Shown here one piece after another: positions 48,875-59,494 of a DNA stretch of 64,000 bases. The stretch is from Syntrophales bacterium (GTDB taxonomy: Bacteria > Desulfobacterota > Syntrophia > Syntrophales > UBA2210): NCBI GenBank assembly GCA_963662405.2, contig CAXXKT010000001.1, positions 1,024,001 to 1,088,000 on the forward strand. Reading direction: 5' to 3'. Every line of letters starts with the position of its first letter. Within the stretch, counting starts at the first letter, position 1. The notes beneath the pieces were generated by a model. That model searched no databases. It was not told where the DNA came from and saw nothing but the letters and a program-made list of their open reading frames with translations. The position numbers and the translations under genes are program-made.

Positions 48875-51280
48875 GTGTTTATCAACGTCGCGGTCGGCAT
48901 ACCATCTACGGGGCTCTTCACCTACCGTGTCCCTGATGGTATGGAGGGACGGATAGCCGTCGGTAAACGGGTTCTTGTCCCCTTCGGACGGAGGCGGGTC
49001 ACCGGTTATATTATCGAATCGGTTTCTTCGACGGACGTCTCACCTGTGAAAGATATTATCGATATCCTGGATGATATCCCACTCTTCAACGAAGAAGACC
49101 TCGCATTCTACCGGTGGACTTCGGAATACTATCTTTATCCTCTGGGGAAGACCCTCGGCGTTGCCCTGCCCGGCGGGATCGATGTGACGAGTAATCGGTG
49201 GGTCCGGCTGTCCGGTGAGCGGCCGGTGAGCGGCGATGCACTCTCCGATGCCCAGCAAGCGATCATCGAGACGCTGGACGGATATCCTCAGGGACTGCCC
49301 GCCCGCACACTGAAGAAGATCATGCAAAGAAAGAATCTTCTCCCCGATTTGTGCAAGCTTGAAGCGCTTCGGCATCTCATCATGGAGGACCGGCTCGGGA
49401 AGGCCGCAGTGGGCAGGAAGCAGGAGACGATCGTCACGGCGCGGTCTCCCCTCCCGGAGGGGCTTCGGTTGACGGAGAAACAGAAAAATATCTACCGATT
49501 CCTGGAGCGAAACGGGGAGACCGAACTGTCGATCCTCCGCACGAAATTCAAGAATATCAGGGCCTCAGTGACACGGATGGAACGAAAGGGACTTGTTTCC
49601 CTGTCATCTCAGGAGGTCTACCGGAGCCCGATCTTGTCCCCCCGTATCGGCGGCGGGGCAGTGGACATCCATCTGAATGATGAACAGGAAACAGCACTCG
49701 GAGAGATCACGCACGCGATCGTATCCGGGATGTTCTCTCCCTTTCTCCTTCACGGTGTTACCGGGAGCGGGAAGACGGAGGTCTATCTCAAGGCTATCGA
49801 ACAGGTCCTCCTCTTGGGGGGAAGCGCCATCTATCTCGTTCCGGAGATCACCCTGACCCCCCAACTGATGAGCCGAATACGCAGCAGATTTGACAAAAGT
49901 CTTATCGCCATACTGCACAGTGGTGTCGGACGGAGTGCAAAGTATGACGAATGGCGTCGAATCCAGCGAGGGGAGGCTCGAATCGTCATCGGGGCCCGAT
50001 CGGCCATTTTCGCCCCGGTCAAGGAACTGCGGCTCCTGATTGTCGATGAAGAACATGACACATCATACAAGCAGGGAGATCACCTCCCTTACAATGCGCG
50101 CGATCTGGCGATCGTGCGGGCGAAACAGAGATCCGCTACGGTAGTGCTGGGGTCGGCGACCCCCGCCGTTCAGACGTACTTCAACACACAGGCGAAGGAC
50201 TTTACACTCCTCGAGTTGACAAAACGAGTGGCGGGGCGTGATCTCCCTCATGTCGATATTATCGACATGAAGAAAGAAAATGGGCCTCCTCTCCTCTCCT
50301 CGGCCCTCATACAGGCCATCGGAGAGACCCTCGCAAAGGGAAATCAAACGCTCCTTTTCCTCAATAGGAGAGGGTTTCACACCTTTCTTTACTGTCTCGA
50401 TTGTGGTTACCAGTTCAAATGTCTTAACTGCTCCGTCTCCATGACCCATCATATGAGCGACGGATCACTGCGGTGTCACTACTGCGACTTCCACATCAAG
50501 GCCCCGTCGATCTGTCCGACCTGTGGTGGCACCCGGATACGCAGTTACGGGATCGGGACCGAGCGGATCGAGGAGGAGGTTACAAGCCTCTTCCCGAACG
50601 CGCGGGTTGCAAGGATGGACAGTGATTCCACCGCGCAGCGAGGGGCATACGGTAAAATACTCACCGCTCTCGACCGGGGGGAAATCGATATCCTGGTGGG
50701 GACACAGATGATTACGAAGGGGCACGATTTTCCCGGTGTCACCCTGGTGGGGGTGGTAGCGGCGGACACTTCTCTGAATATCCCCGATTTCCGGGCGGCG
50801 GAAAAGACCTTTCAGATCCTGACACAGGTATCGGGCAGGGGGGGGAGAGGCGATTCCCCCGGACGGGTAATCATCCAGACCATGAACCCGAAGAACAGTG
50901 CGGTACAGCAGGCCCGCCGACATGACTATGCCGGATTCTACCATGAAGAGCTTATCCAGCGCCGGGAGCTTGAGTATCCCCCCTTCGGCCGGATGGTCAA
51001 TCTCGCTATTTCCTCGACGAATGAAGTTGTCGCGGGTGAATCCGCGGGGAAATTACATGCGATTGCGATCGATATGATACGCCGTTCACACGGTTCCGTT
51101 GTGGTCTTGGGCCCCGTGGAGGCCCCCTTGTACAAGGTCAAGGGGCGGTACCGGTGGCAGTTGATCCTGAAAGGGACGGACAGATCGGCCCTCCATTCTC
51201 TGACCAGAAGCATCCTGTCATGCGGAATGGCTCCCGGTGTACGCATCCGGGCGGATGTCGATCCGATCAATTTTATGTAG
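48875..51280 (+). CDS. priA: Primosomal protein N'
   Basis: [21 protein letters not shown], four CxxC pairs, GTQMITKGHDFP. Confidence 0.97.
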   Translation: MFINVAVGIPSTGLFTYRVPDGMEGRIAVGKRVLVPFGRRRVTGYIIESVSSTDVSPVKDIIDILDDIPLFNEEDLAFYRWTSEYYLYPLGKTLGVALPGGIDVTSNRWVRLSGERPVSGDALSDAQQAIIETLDGYPQGLPARTLKKIMQRKNLLPDLCKLEALRHLIMEDRLGKAAVGRKQETIVTARSPLPEGLRLTEKQKNIYRFLERNGETELSILRTKFKNIRASVTRMERKGLVSLSSQEVYRSPILSPRIGGGAVDIHLNDEQETALGEITHAIVSGMFSPFLLHGVTGSGKTEVYLKAIEQVLLLGGSAIYLVPEITLTPQLMSRIRSRFDKSLIAILHSGVGRSAKYDEWRRIQRGEARIVIGARSAIFAPVKELRLLIVDEEHDTSYKQGDHLPYNARDLAIVRAKQRSATVVLGSATPAVQTYFNTQAKDFTLLELTKRVAGRDLPHVDIIDMKKENGPPLLSSALIQAIGETLAKGNQTLLFLNRRGFHTFLYCLDCGYQFKCLNCSVSMTHHMSDGSLRCHYCDFHIKAPSICPTCGGTRIRSYGIGTERIEEEVTSLFPNARVARMDSDSTAQRGAYGKILTALDRGEIDILVGTQMITKGHDFPGVTLVGVVAADTSLNIPDFRAAEKTFQILTQVSGRGGRGDSPGRVIIQTMNPKNSAVQQARRHDYAGFYHEELIQRRELEYPPFGRMVNLAISSTNEVVAGESAGKLHAIAIDMIRRSHGSVVVLGPVEAPLYKVKGRYRWQLILKGTDRSALHSLTRSILSCGMAPGVRIRADVDPINFM

Positions 51281-52922
51281 GCCTGTCCGGTTTCTTCCGC
51301 CCCCATTCAGCATCACGCAGATCGACGCGTTTGATCTTCCCGCTGACCGTCTTGGGGAGTTCCGTTACGAACTGAATCTTACGGGGGTACTTATAGGGGG
51401 CCGTGGCCCCCTTGACGTGCTCCTGGAGTTCTCGCACCAGCTCCCCACTCCCGGTAAATCCCGGGGCAAGGACCACGAAGGCCTTGACCACCTCGCCGCG
51501 CATCGAATCCGGGCTGGAGACAACCGCCGATTCCGCCACGGCAGGGTGTTCGATCAGGGCACTCTCCACCTCGAAGGGACCGATCCGATACCCCGAGGTC
51601 AGGATAACGTCATCAGCCCGCCCCACGAACCAGAAATAACCGTCTTCGTCGACGGAGGCCCGGTCCCCCGTCAGGTACCAGTCTCCCCGGTGTGATGCCG
51701 CCGTTTTTTCGGGATCTTTCCAATATTCCCTGAAGAGACCGAGGGGACGCTCCGGTTTCACCCGGATAGCGATATCCCCTTCAACGCCGGGGGGACGGAC
51801 CGATCCCTCGTCATCGATGACCTGGAGATCGAAACCGGGGGTCCTCTTCCCCATGGAGCCGAAGCGCGGTTCGATACAGGGGAAAGAAGCACAGAGACAG
51901 ACCGTTTCCGTCTGGCCGTACCCGTCTCGAATCGTGATTCCCGTTGCCTCCTTCCAGGCGTCGATTATTTCGGCATTGAGCGGCTCTCCGGCACCGACGC
52001 AGTGGCGCAGTGTCGGGAAGGTGCAGTCACTCAGGTCCTGGAGGACCAGCATCCGGTAGAGAGTGGGCGGGCCACACATGGTTGTGATCGGATACTGCCG
52101 AAGAGCGGCGAGGGTCATGGCGGGGTCGATCCGGTCCGCGGTATGGACAAAGACGGCTGCCCCACAATACCACGGGCCGAAATAACTGCTCCATGCGGCC
52201 TTTGCCCACCCGGTGTCACTGATGTTCCAGTGGAGGTCGTCGGGGGTCAGGTCGAGCCAGTACCGTCCCGTCACCTGATGCCCGAGGGGGTACGAGGTGT
52301 GCGTGTGGAGTGTCATTTTCGGGTAACCGGTCGTCCCGGAGGTGAAAAAGACGATGGCACCTTCATCGCTCGTGGTGTCTGCCGTTTCGAAAGCCTCCGG
52401 GGCATTGCGAAGCGCCTCATCGTATGGAATCCATCCCTCTCGCGGGTCCCCGACGATCAATCGTGTCCTGAGTGTCGGGCATTGGTCCGACACCGCTTCC
52501 AGCTTCGGGGCATTGGCAGGGTCCGTGATGAAGCAGGCCGCGCCTGCCGCATTGATCCGGTACGCGATATCCTTGGCGGTCAGTTGAGTGGTGCCGGGGA
52601 TAATGATGACCCCCATGCGGAGACAGGCAGTCATGATCTCCCACCACGCGGGTTGGCGGTTCAGGATGACCATTACCACCTCACCGCGCCTGACCCCCTC
52701 ACGGCTCAAGACGGTGGCGAGTTTTCGGGACGCCCTGCCGATGTCGAGAAAGGTCCGCCTGGATTCCTCCCCTCCTTCCGAGATTGACCACAGGGCGAGC
52801 TTGTCGGGGTCCTCGGCCCATCGGTCGACGATATCTCTCGCAAAGTTGAATCGTTCAGGAACGTTCCATCTGAATTCGGCGTACTCTCTCTCATAATCGG
52901 TCATGTTGCGTGCGCTGGTCAT
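51273..52922 (-). CDS. AMP-forming medium-chain acyl-CoA synthetase (ACSM-like)
   Basis: FTSGTTGYPK, DTGWAK, GYGQTE, GRADDVI..SGYRIGPFEVE, PKTVSGK. Confidence 0.92.
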   Translation of the reverse strand: MTSARNMTDYEREYAEFRWNVPERFNFARDIVDRWAEDPDKLALWSISEGGEESRRTFLDIGRASRKLATVLSREGVRRGEVVMVILNRQPAWWEIMTACLRMGVIIIPGTTQLTAKDIAYRINAAGAACFITDPANAPKLEAVSDQCPTLRTRLIVGDPREGWIPYDEALRNAPEAFETADTTSDEGAIVFFTSGTTGYPKMTLHTHTSYPLGHQVTGRYWLDLTPDDLHWNISDTGWAKAAWSSYFGPWYCGAAVFVHTADRIDPAMTLAALRQYPITTMCGPPTLYRMLVLQDLSDCTFPTLRHCVGAGEPLNAEIIDAWKEATGITIRDGYGQTETVCLCASFPCIEPRFGSMGKRTPGFDLQVIDDEGSVRPPGVEGDIAIRVKPERPLGLFREYWKDPEKTAASHRGDWYLTGDRASVDEDGYFWFVGRADDVILTSGYRIGPFEVESALIEHPAVAESAVVSSPDSMRGEVVKAFVVLAPGFTGSGELVRELQEHVKGATAPYKYPRKIQFVTELPKTVSGKIKRVDLRDAEWGRKKPDRPT

Positions 52923-53120
52923 TGGAATTATCCCCCCACAATATATTTTAAAGCCATATTGTACGATACAATATATTGATAAAGAATATGTGTCAAAGAG
53001 AATCTTGCTTTCCCCTCCGAAACCCTCCTGTTTCATAAAATAATATCATGCGGGCACAGCGTACCCCGGTGAGGCGTCGAAGAGGCGCTGCTCTCCGACA
53101 CGGGGTTTCATGAGCGACGG

Positions 53121-53693
53121 TTATTCGATGATGATATCCTCCAGGAGACGCTTGGGCACATGATGCACGCCCGTTTCATCCCTCCAGTAGTTGACGCTGC
53201 CGGAAGAGACCAGGTCCTCCAGGACTACTTCTTCCTTCGGTTTTCCAAGGGCGATGATGAGCGCAATCTCCAGGTGTGCGGGGATATCGAATTTTCCCCG
53301 CAGCACCTCGCGTTGTATCGAGGCAATCATGCACCCTCCCAACCCCTTTTCCGTTGCGCCGAGGAGAATGCTCTGGGCCGCAATGCCGACATCGCATTTC
53401 AGGAAGGCATTGCTCAGTTGGGTATCCTCCAGCACGATGATGTACGCCGAAGGGCGTTCACCCTCTGAGGGCCCCGGCCAGTCCTTCAGGGCGGCAGCCC
53501 ACGAAAGGGTTGCGAATATCGCGGCATTTGTGTCGGGATCACAGGATACAATGTATTTCAACGGCTGCTGGTTGGCCGCCGAGGCACTCAATCTGGCAAG
53601 ATCCACCAACTCCCGCAGGGTGTCACGCCTGACGGCGGCATCCTGATGGAAACGGCGGAAGCTCCGGTTCTTTGATACGAGGTCTTTGATCAT
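53121..53693 (-). CDS. Nitroreductase family protein
   Basis: NRSFRRF, SASAANQQPL, DVGIAAQSILL, HVPKR. Confidence 0.9.
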   Translation of the reverse strand: MIKDLVSKNRSFRRFHQDAAVRRDTLRELVDLARLSASAANQQPLKYIVSCDPDTNAAIFATLSWAAALKDWPGPSEGERPSAYIIVLEDTQLSNAFLKCDVGIAAQSILLGATEKGLGGCMIASIQREVLRGKFDIPAHLEIALIIALGKPKEEVVLEDLVSSGSVNYWRDETGVHHVPKRLLEDIIIE

Positions 53694-53883
53694 GGTCCCC
53701 TCCCCTTTCACGTGGTTTGCCGGCCGGGAAAGAATCAACCGACTGTTCAAAATATAAAACAGAACGAGGGGAATCTCAAGGATCTTTCTTGATCCGGCTC
53801 CCCGCGTAATGCATCAAAAACAGGCGGGAGTTGTCCGTAAATATCATTTGACTCCGCGCCTCTCCCGTGGCAAGAAATGGGTC

Positions 53884-54618
53884 ATGGATACCCTGGTGCG
53901 TATATCCAAAGTCATCTGGGTCGGATCCTGGGCGGGTCTCGCCACGCTTCTCGTCTTTCTCCCCATGGTGGTGGCCGCCTCGCTGAGTCCCACCGGTAAT
54001 CTCGCCTTTACGATCTCACGGGGGTGGGCGTGGGTCATGCTGCGGGTAACGGGGGTCCGGCTCGCGATCAGGGGGAGAGAAAATATCCGGCCGGGGCAAT
54101 CGTACATCATCATATCAAATCACCAGTCCCATTTTGACATCCTCGCCCTGGTCATACTGCTCGGGGTTCAGTTTCGCTGGATCATCAAAAAGGAGCTGCG
54201 CGCCGTTCCCCTCTTCGGGTTTGCCCTCTATAAATCACGGAATATCTTTATCGACCGGTCGGACCGCGACAAGGCGGTGCGGAGTATTACCGACGGCGTG
54301 CAGCGGCTCCCTGCCGGGGTCAGTGTCCTCTTCTTTGCGGAGGGGACGCGATCGCCCGATGGTCGGATTCAACCGTTCAAGAAAGGCGGTTTCACCACGG
54401 CCGTGGAGAGTGGTCTGCCCATTCTCCCGGTGACGGTCAACGGCAGCAGGAAGGTTCTGCCGAAGGGGACACTGGCGTTCATGCGGAGTCCCATAGAGGT
54501 CGTTGTCGGGGGCCCCATCAATACGGAAACGTATACGCATGACGCCCTTGAAACTCTGATCACGATCACCCGGGATGCCATAATTTCCAATTACAATCCC
54601 GCGTACCCCGAAGGATGA
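53884..54618 (+). CDS. plsC: 1-acyl-sn-glycerol-3-phosphate acyltransferase
   Basis: NHQSHFD, FIDR, FAEGTRS. Confidence 0.88.
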   Translation: MDTLVRISKVIWVGSWAGLATLLVFLPMVVAASLSPTGNLAFTISRGWAWVMLRVTGVRLAIRGRENIRPGQSYIIISNHQSHFDILALVILLGVQFRWIIKKELRAVPLFGFALYKSRNIFIDRSDRDKAVRSITDGVQRLPAGVSVLFFAEGTRSPDGRIQPFKKGGFTTAVESGLPILPVTVNGSRKVLPKGTLAFMRSPIEVVVGGPINTETYTHDALETLITITRDAIISNYNPAYPEG

Positions 54619-56012
54619 ACACCATGGATGAGATCGAAAAATATGCCTACAAAATCGCAAAAAAGATACGGATCAGAATACCGGACGTCCCCGGTGCGCT
54701 GGGAAAGGTCGCAACGGAACTGGGAAAACACGGGGCCGTTCTGGGCGACATTACCAAGGTGCATCTGACATCTTACTACATCACGCGGGACGTCATCATC
54801 TTTTTCGATGATGACAGGCAGTTTTCGGATACAATGACCGCGCTGGAGGCCCTTAAAGGGTACAAGGTCATTTCCATCGAAGATGAGGCCCTGCGGATCC
54901 ACCGCGGCGGGAAGATCGCGGTTATGCCGACGGTGAAGGTGGAGACACTGAGCGATCTCCGGATGATCTATACCCCGGGGGTGGCCCAGGTGTGCAACCA
55001 TATCGTCGGACATCCCGAGGCCGCACGGGAATACACCTCTATCGGTAACTCCGTGTGCATCGCCACCAACGGTTCCGCGATCCTGGGTCTCGGCGACATC
55101 GGTGTCCGCGCCGGGATGCCCGTCATGGAGGGAAAATCGGTGATCCTTCACAAGATGGCTCACGTCAGCTGTGTCCCCCTGCTGGTGGACAGTGGCGATC
55201 CGGCGAGGATCGTCGATACCCTGGAGGCGGTGGCACCGACATTCAGCGTGATCATGATCGAGGATATCAGGGCACCCCTCTGTTTCGAGGTGGAACGGCG
55301 TCTCCAGGAACGGGTCGATATCCCGGTTTTCCACGATGACCAGCACGGAACGGCGACGGTGATCCTCGCCGCCCTCCTGAACGCCCTGAAGAGCACCGGC
55401 AGGCAGAAAGGACGGGTCAAGGTCGTCATCAGCGGCGCCGGGGCGGCGGGGATGGCCACCGCCAGGATGCTCCTGGCATATGGATTCCGGCATCTCGTCA
55501 TCTGCGACCGCGAGGGGGCCATCTGGCAGGGCAGACCGACCCACATGGATGCCTACAAACGTTCCATTGCCGAGATTACCAACCGGCATCGTGAAAAGGG
55601 ATCACTCCGTGATATCATCAGTGGAAAGGATGTCTTCATCGGCGTTTCGTCCTCAAACCTGGTGTCACCGGATATGGTGCGCAGCATGAAAAAGGACTCC
55701 ATCATTTTTGCCCTGGCCAACCCCTTTCCCGAGATACGCCCCGCCGATGCCCTGCAAGCGGGGGCGGCGGTAGCCCTGGACGGCAGGACGGTCAATAATG
55801 CCCTGGTCTTTCCGGGGATCATCCGGGGAACGCTCGACGCCGGGGCCTCGCGGATCACCTACCCCATGAAGTTCAAGGCAGCGGAGGCACTCGCCTCCCT
55901 GGCGGGCAGACACGATGTGGTCCCCGACTTCATGCATCCCCCGGTGCACAGAAAGATTGCCGATGCGGTGCGGGACGCGGCAGACGACGGAGAAGGCCCC
56001 ATCGCGGGTTGA
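54615..56012 (+). CDS. Malic enzyme with N-terminal ACT domain
   Basis: YTPGVA, GLGDIG..PVMEGK, FHDDQHGTA, GAGAAG, FALANP, NNALVFPG. Confidence 0.92.
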   Translation: MNTMDEIEKYAYKIAKKIRIRIPDVPGALGKVATELGKHGAVLGDITKVHLTSYYITRDVIIFFDDDRQFSDTMTALEALKGYKVISIEDEALRIHRGGKIAVMPTVKVETLSDLRMIYTPGVAQVCNHIVGHPEAAREYTSIGNSVCIATNGSAILGLGDIGVRAGMPVMEGKSVILHKMAHVSCVPLLVDSGDPARIVDTLEAVAPTFSVIMIEDIRAPLCFEVERRLQERVDIPVFHDDQHGTATVILAALLNALKSTGRQKGRVKVVISGAGAAGMATARMLLAYGFRHLVICDREGAIWQGRPTHMDAYKRSIAEITNRHREKGSLRDIISGKDVFIGVSSSNLVSPDMVRSMKKDSIIFALANPFPEIRPADALQAGAAVALDGRTVNNALVFPGIIRGTLDAGASRITYPMKFKAAEALASLAGRHDVVPDFMHPPVHRKIADAVRDAADDGEGPIAG

Positions 56013-56052
56013 AGCGTGAAACCCCTCACCCCCCCGGATCTGTGCGCATGCA

Positions 56053-56742
56053 CTAAAATCCCTTGCGCTTGAGCCGTGCGTAGTAACTTGCCGACGTATA
56101 GACCGGAGCGAGGGGGTTGTGTCCTGCGACGCGGTCCTTCACCGCCAGGACGGTGGTCGGCGCATCGGCGTATCGAAAGAAGAGGGAATCGTGCCCGACA
56201 CAGAGGCCGAGGGCGATGTTGAAGTGGGTCCGCGCGTCGTTCAGGATCCGTGCCTGAAGTATGGGGTTGCACATCGATTCATGGCGACCGATGCGGATCT
56301 TCTCTGATTCTTTGATACCGATATCTTCTTTCGGAATAGACCCGACCTTGCATATCACCGATACAACGTCAAATCCTTGGGCTTCGAGGATTTCAACCAC
56401 GAGAGCCGCTTCCCGTGCCAGACCATCACAATAGGCAAGCCCGAGACGGGTATAGCCCATCTTGTGCGCGAATTCACAGATCTCCTGGATACGGGGCTTG
56501 GTGGGATGTGGGATGTAAGGCTGTTGATCCCTGTGGGCATAGCATTCACCTTCCTGTATGGAGGCCTGCCGCGCGAATTCACCGATCTCCTTTTTGCGGT
56601 ATTCCTCCCGGGCCTCCTCGGCAAGGGATCGTTTGTTGAGGGTCGGGCATCCCTTGATCCCCTTTCCTGTGGGGTTAAGACAGCTTTTCTCGCGAACTTG
56701 TAAGGTGCACGCAGCACAACGGGCAGTAGCGATTGTTTTCAT
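56053..56742 (-). CDS. DUF1847 family Cys-rich putative metal-binding protein
   Basis: RIQEICEFA, GLAYC.GL, SVICKVG, MCNPILQA, GLCVGHDSLF, KDRVAGHNP. Confidence 0.85.
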   Translation of the reverse strand: MKTIATARCAACTLQVREKSCLNPTGKGIKGCPTLNKRSLAEEAREEYRKKEIGEFARQASIQEGECYAHRDQQPYIPHPTKPRIQEICEFAHKMGYTRLGLAYCDGLAREAALVVEILEAQGFDVVSVICKVGSIPKEDIGIKESEKIRIGRHESMCNPILQARILNDARTHFNIALGLCVGHDSLFFRYADAPTTVLAVKDRVAGHNPLAPVYTSASYYARLKRKGF

Positions 56743-56953
56743 AGGCGGATACGACTCCCTTCCACGTTTTTGAGAGAGACTACATAAATTTCACCCATAC
56801 CGCAATGGCGGTTCAAACGATGATCTTTTGTTCGCCAATTGACAATCCTCTAAGGATCAAGTATCTCTATCCTCATTGTCCATTGGCTCACAGCGAAAGC
56901 TTTGTGTGCAGGCCGAGCACAAATAACAGCTTGTAAAAAAAGGAGAAGGAACA

Positions 56954-58496
56954 ATGATCAAAACGGTTGAACAGTATCTGGAGAGCTTGAATGACGGCAG
57001 GGAGGTGTGGTGCCTCGGGGAACGAGTTGCCGATGTCCGGACCCACCCGACGATCAGCACCATCATCAGGATGGCCGCTATGGACTATGTCCTGCCGAAC
57101 CATCCCGATTACCGGGATATCTTCGTGACACAGGACGAGGACGGTGAGGACATCAATTTTCTCCTCACCTCGCCGAAGTCCTCGGAAGACATGCTCCGAA
57201 GACGGGAGTGTTACATGGTCGGTATGCGATCGGGCGGGGGCGTCCTGGTGCACTGCATGGGTGCCGATGCGCTGGCCTCTTTCAGCGTGGCCGCCGAGGT
57301 GATGGACAAGAAACTGGGGACCGGGTACGTCGAGCGTGTCGAGCAGTACCGCCGGCATCTCCAGAAAAACGATCTTGCCCTGACCGGCGCCATTACCGAT
57401 GTGAAGGGTGACCGGAGCCTGCACCCCTCACAGCAGAAACAGCACCAGGACTTTTATCTGCGGGTCGTGGATCGTCAGAAGGATGGTATTATCGTTCGGG
57501 GGGCCAAGGTCCACATCAGCGCCTCTCCTTGCGCCAATGAACTCCTCTGTCTCCCCTGCCGGACCCATGGCGAGGCGGATCAGGATTATGCCCTTGCCTT
57601 TGCCGTTCCCGTCAATACCCCAGGGGTAAAGCTCCTGGCTGTGGAGCCGAATGTCCGCCTCTACGGCGAGGAATGCGAATTCGACTATCCTATGTCTGAC
57701 CACCTGCAGCCATCGGAATCGCTGGTTGTATTCGATGACGTATTCGTTCCCTGGGAACGGGTCTTCATGTGCGGTGAATGGCAGTACTCGCAGGTCCTGG
57801 GCCTATGCCTTTGCCAGCTATCACCGCCTCTTCGGCACTTGCAAGATGACGAGTACCCTCGAGACGATGACCGGCGCGGCGAGTCTGATCGCCGAATACA
57901 ACGGGGTCAGGAACGTGCCGCACGTGCGGAAGAAGCTGGCCTGGATGGCCTATATTACCGAAACGGTGCAGATGCTGGCCAAGCAGGCCTGTCTCGACCC
58001 GGTGACCGAGTTCGGCATGGACGTCATGATGCCCAACCGGATGGCCATCAACGCGTCGAAGTTCACCTATGCGAGCAACTTTCACCAGATGGTCCAGAAC
58101 ATGCAGGACATCGGGGGGGGGTTGACCACCACCGTGCCGGCCTTCCGGGATTGGAACAATCCAGAGCTGCAACCCTTTATCGAGAAATATCTGGGGGCGA
58201 AGGGTGATGTGTCGACGGAGGAACGGATCAGGATACTGCGTCTCATAAAGGATGTTACGGGAAACCACTGGGAGGTCGACACCATTCACGGCGAAGGTTC
58301 CATGGCCGCGCAGGAGATGTTCCTCTTCGGCAGCGCCAATTGGAGCAAACTCCACGCTGCGGCGCGGCGAGCAGCCCATATCGACGGGTGGCAGGATGAT
58401 TCCATTTATGGAAAGCTCCCTGTGCGGAGCGATTATGTCACCATGCCCGCTATCGATGAATCGTATGAGAGTATTGCTTCGACGGCTCAGAAGTAA
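56954..58496 (+). pseudogene. 4-hydroxybutyryl-CoA dehydratase / HpaB-family flavoprotein with a +1 frameshift near 57800
   Basis: YLESL, AITDVKGDRS, GIIVRGAK.H, VVFDDVFVPWERVFMCGE in one frame; FASYHR, DIGGG, TIHGEGS in the next; extra G in CTGGGCCTAT (57799-57801). Confidence 0.82.
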
Positions 58497-58505
58497 CGAT
58501 CCACA

Positions 58506-58539
58506 ACCCTGCCCGGGGGCACCTGCCCCGGGGCAGGGT
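58506..58539 (+). terminator. Strong GC hairpin after the dehydratase-like gene
   Basis: ACCCTGCCCGGGGGC-ACCT-GCCCCGGGGCAGGGT, 14 of 15 bp paired, no U-tail. Confidence 0.45.
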
Positions 58540-58600
58540 ACATCCAGATTATCTCCGGCGGTTCGCTCTATTTTTTATCGGATCCAGGGAGAAAAATGTC

Positions 58601-59200
58601 ATGATCAGGGCGATAGCACCGTATCTTGACGGCTTGAATGACGGGAGAGAGCTCTTCTGGTGTCCGGGAGAAAGGGGATCCGATGTCTTGGCTGCCTTTG
58701 CCGTTGCGGCCCAGGTCATGGACAAGGAACTGGAGACCGGGTATACGGGTCGTGTCAGGCAGTACCAGAAACCGCTCCGGGAAAAAGATCTGGCCATTAC
58801 GGCGCCATTACCGATGTGAAGGGGGATCGAAACCTCCATCCCTCGCAGCTGAAACAGCACCCGGATTACTCCCTTGCCAGCTATCATCGCCTCTTCAGTA
58901 CCTGCAGGATGATCGGAAAACTCGAAATCATCACGGGGGCGACAGCCCTCCTGGCCGAACACAACGGGGTGGAGCAGGTGAGTCCCGTCCGCAAGAAACT
59001 TGCGTGGATGGCCATCAATGCCGCGAAATACACCTATGCGAGCAATTTTTATCAGATGTGCCGGAACCTGCGGGATATCGCCGCGGTGCCGATCTTCCGA
59101 GGCTGGAGCGCCGAATGGCAGAAGTCCCGGCGACTGGGAGGAAGATCCGATATATGACATCCTCTCAACGCAAAAGGATCATCACGATCCTCCGATGCCC
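58601..59200 (+). pseudogene. Multiply deleted paralog of the upstream dehydratase-like gene
   Basis: Collinear blocks YLDGLNDGRE, VMDKELETGY, AITDVKGDRNLHPSQ, ASYHRLF, VRKKLAWMAINAAKYTYASNFYQM. Confidence 0.85.
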
Positions 59201-59392
59201 CCGGCCCTTCTCTCCGTCCCGGGGTTATTCAATGATCGGGGGGAGGGATGCTTATTCGCCTTTCGCAGACCGACCGGGGACGGATTTTTCTCCCCAACAC
59301 GAAGATGGCAGCAGGTCATATCAGGTCCTGCGGAGGGATGACACGATTCATGCTGTCGAATGGGGATACCCGGTGAGTGGCCGAAATTGTCA

Positions 59393-59422
59393 TTGACTTA
59401 TCGCTCAAAGATTCCGTATACT
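59393..59422 (+). promoter_or_regulatory. Sigma70-type promoter of the cytochrome operon
   Basis: TTGACT-N18-TATACT; AGGAGG RBS precedes ATG 59495. Confidence 0.6.
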
Positions 59423-59494
59423 ACGGAAAACGTAACGTGCAGCGATTGTTACCTTTCTCCATCATCCGGTTGACCTTGTCCATAGGAGGCCGCC

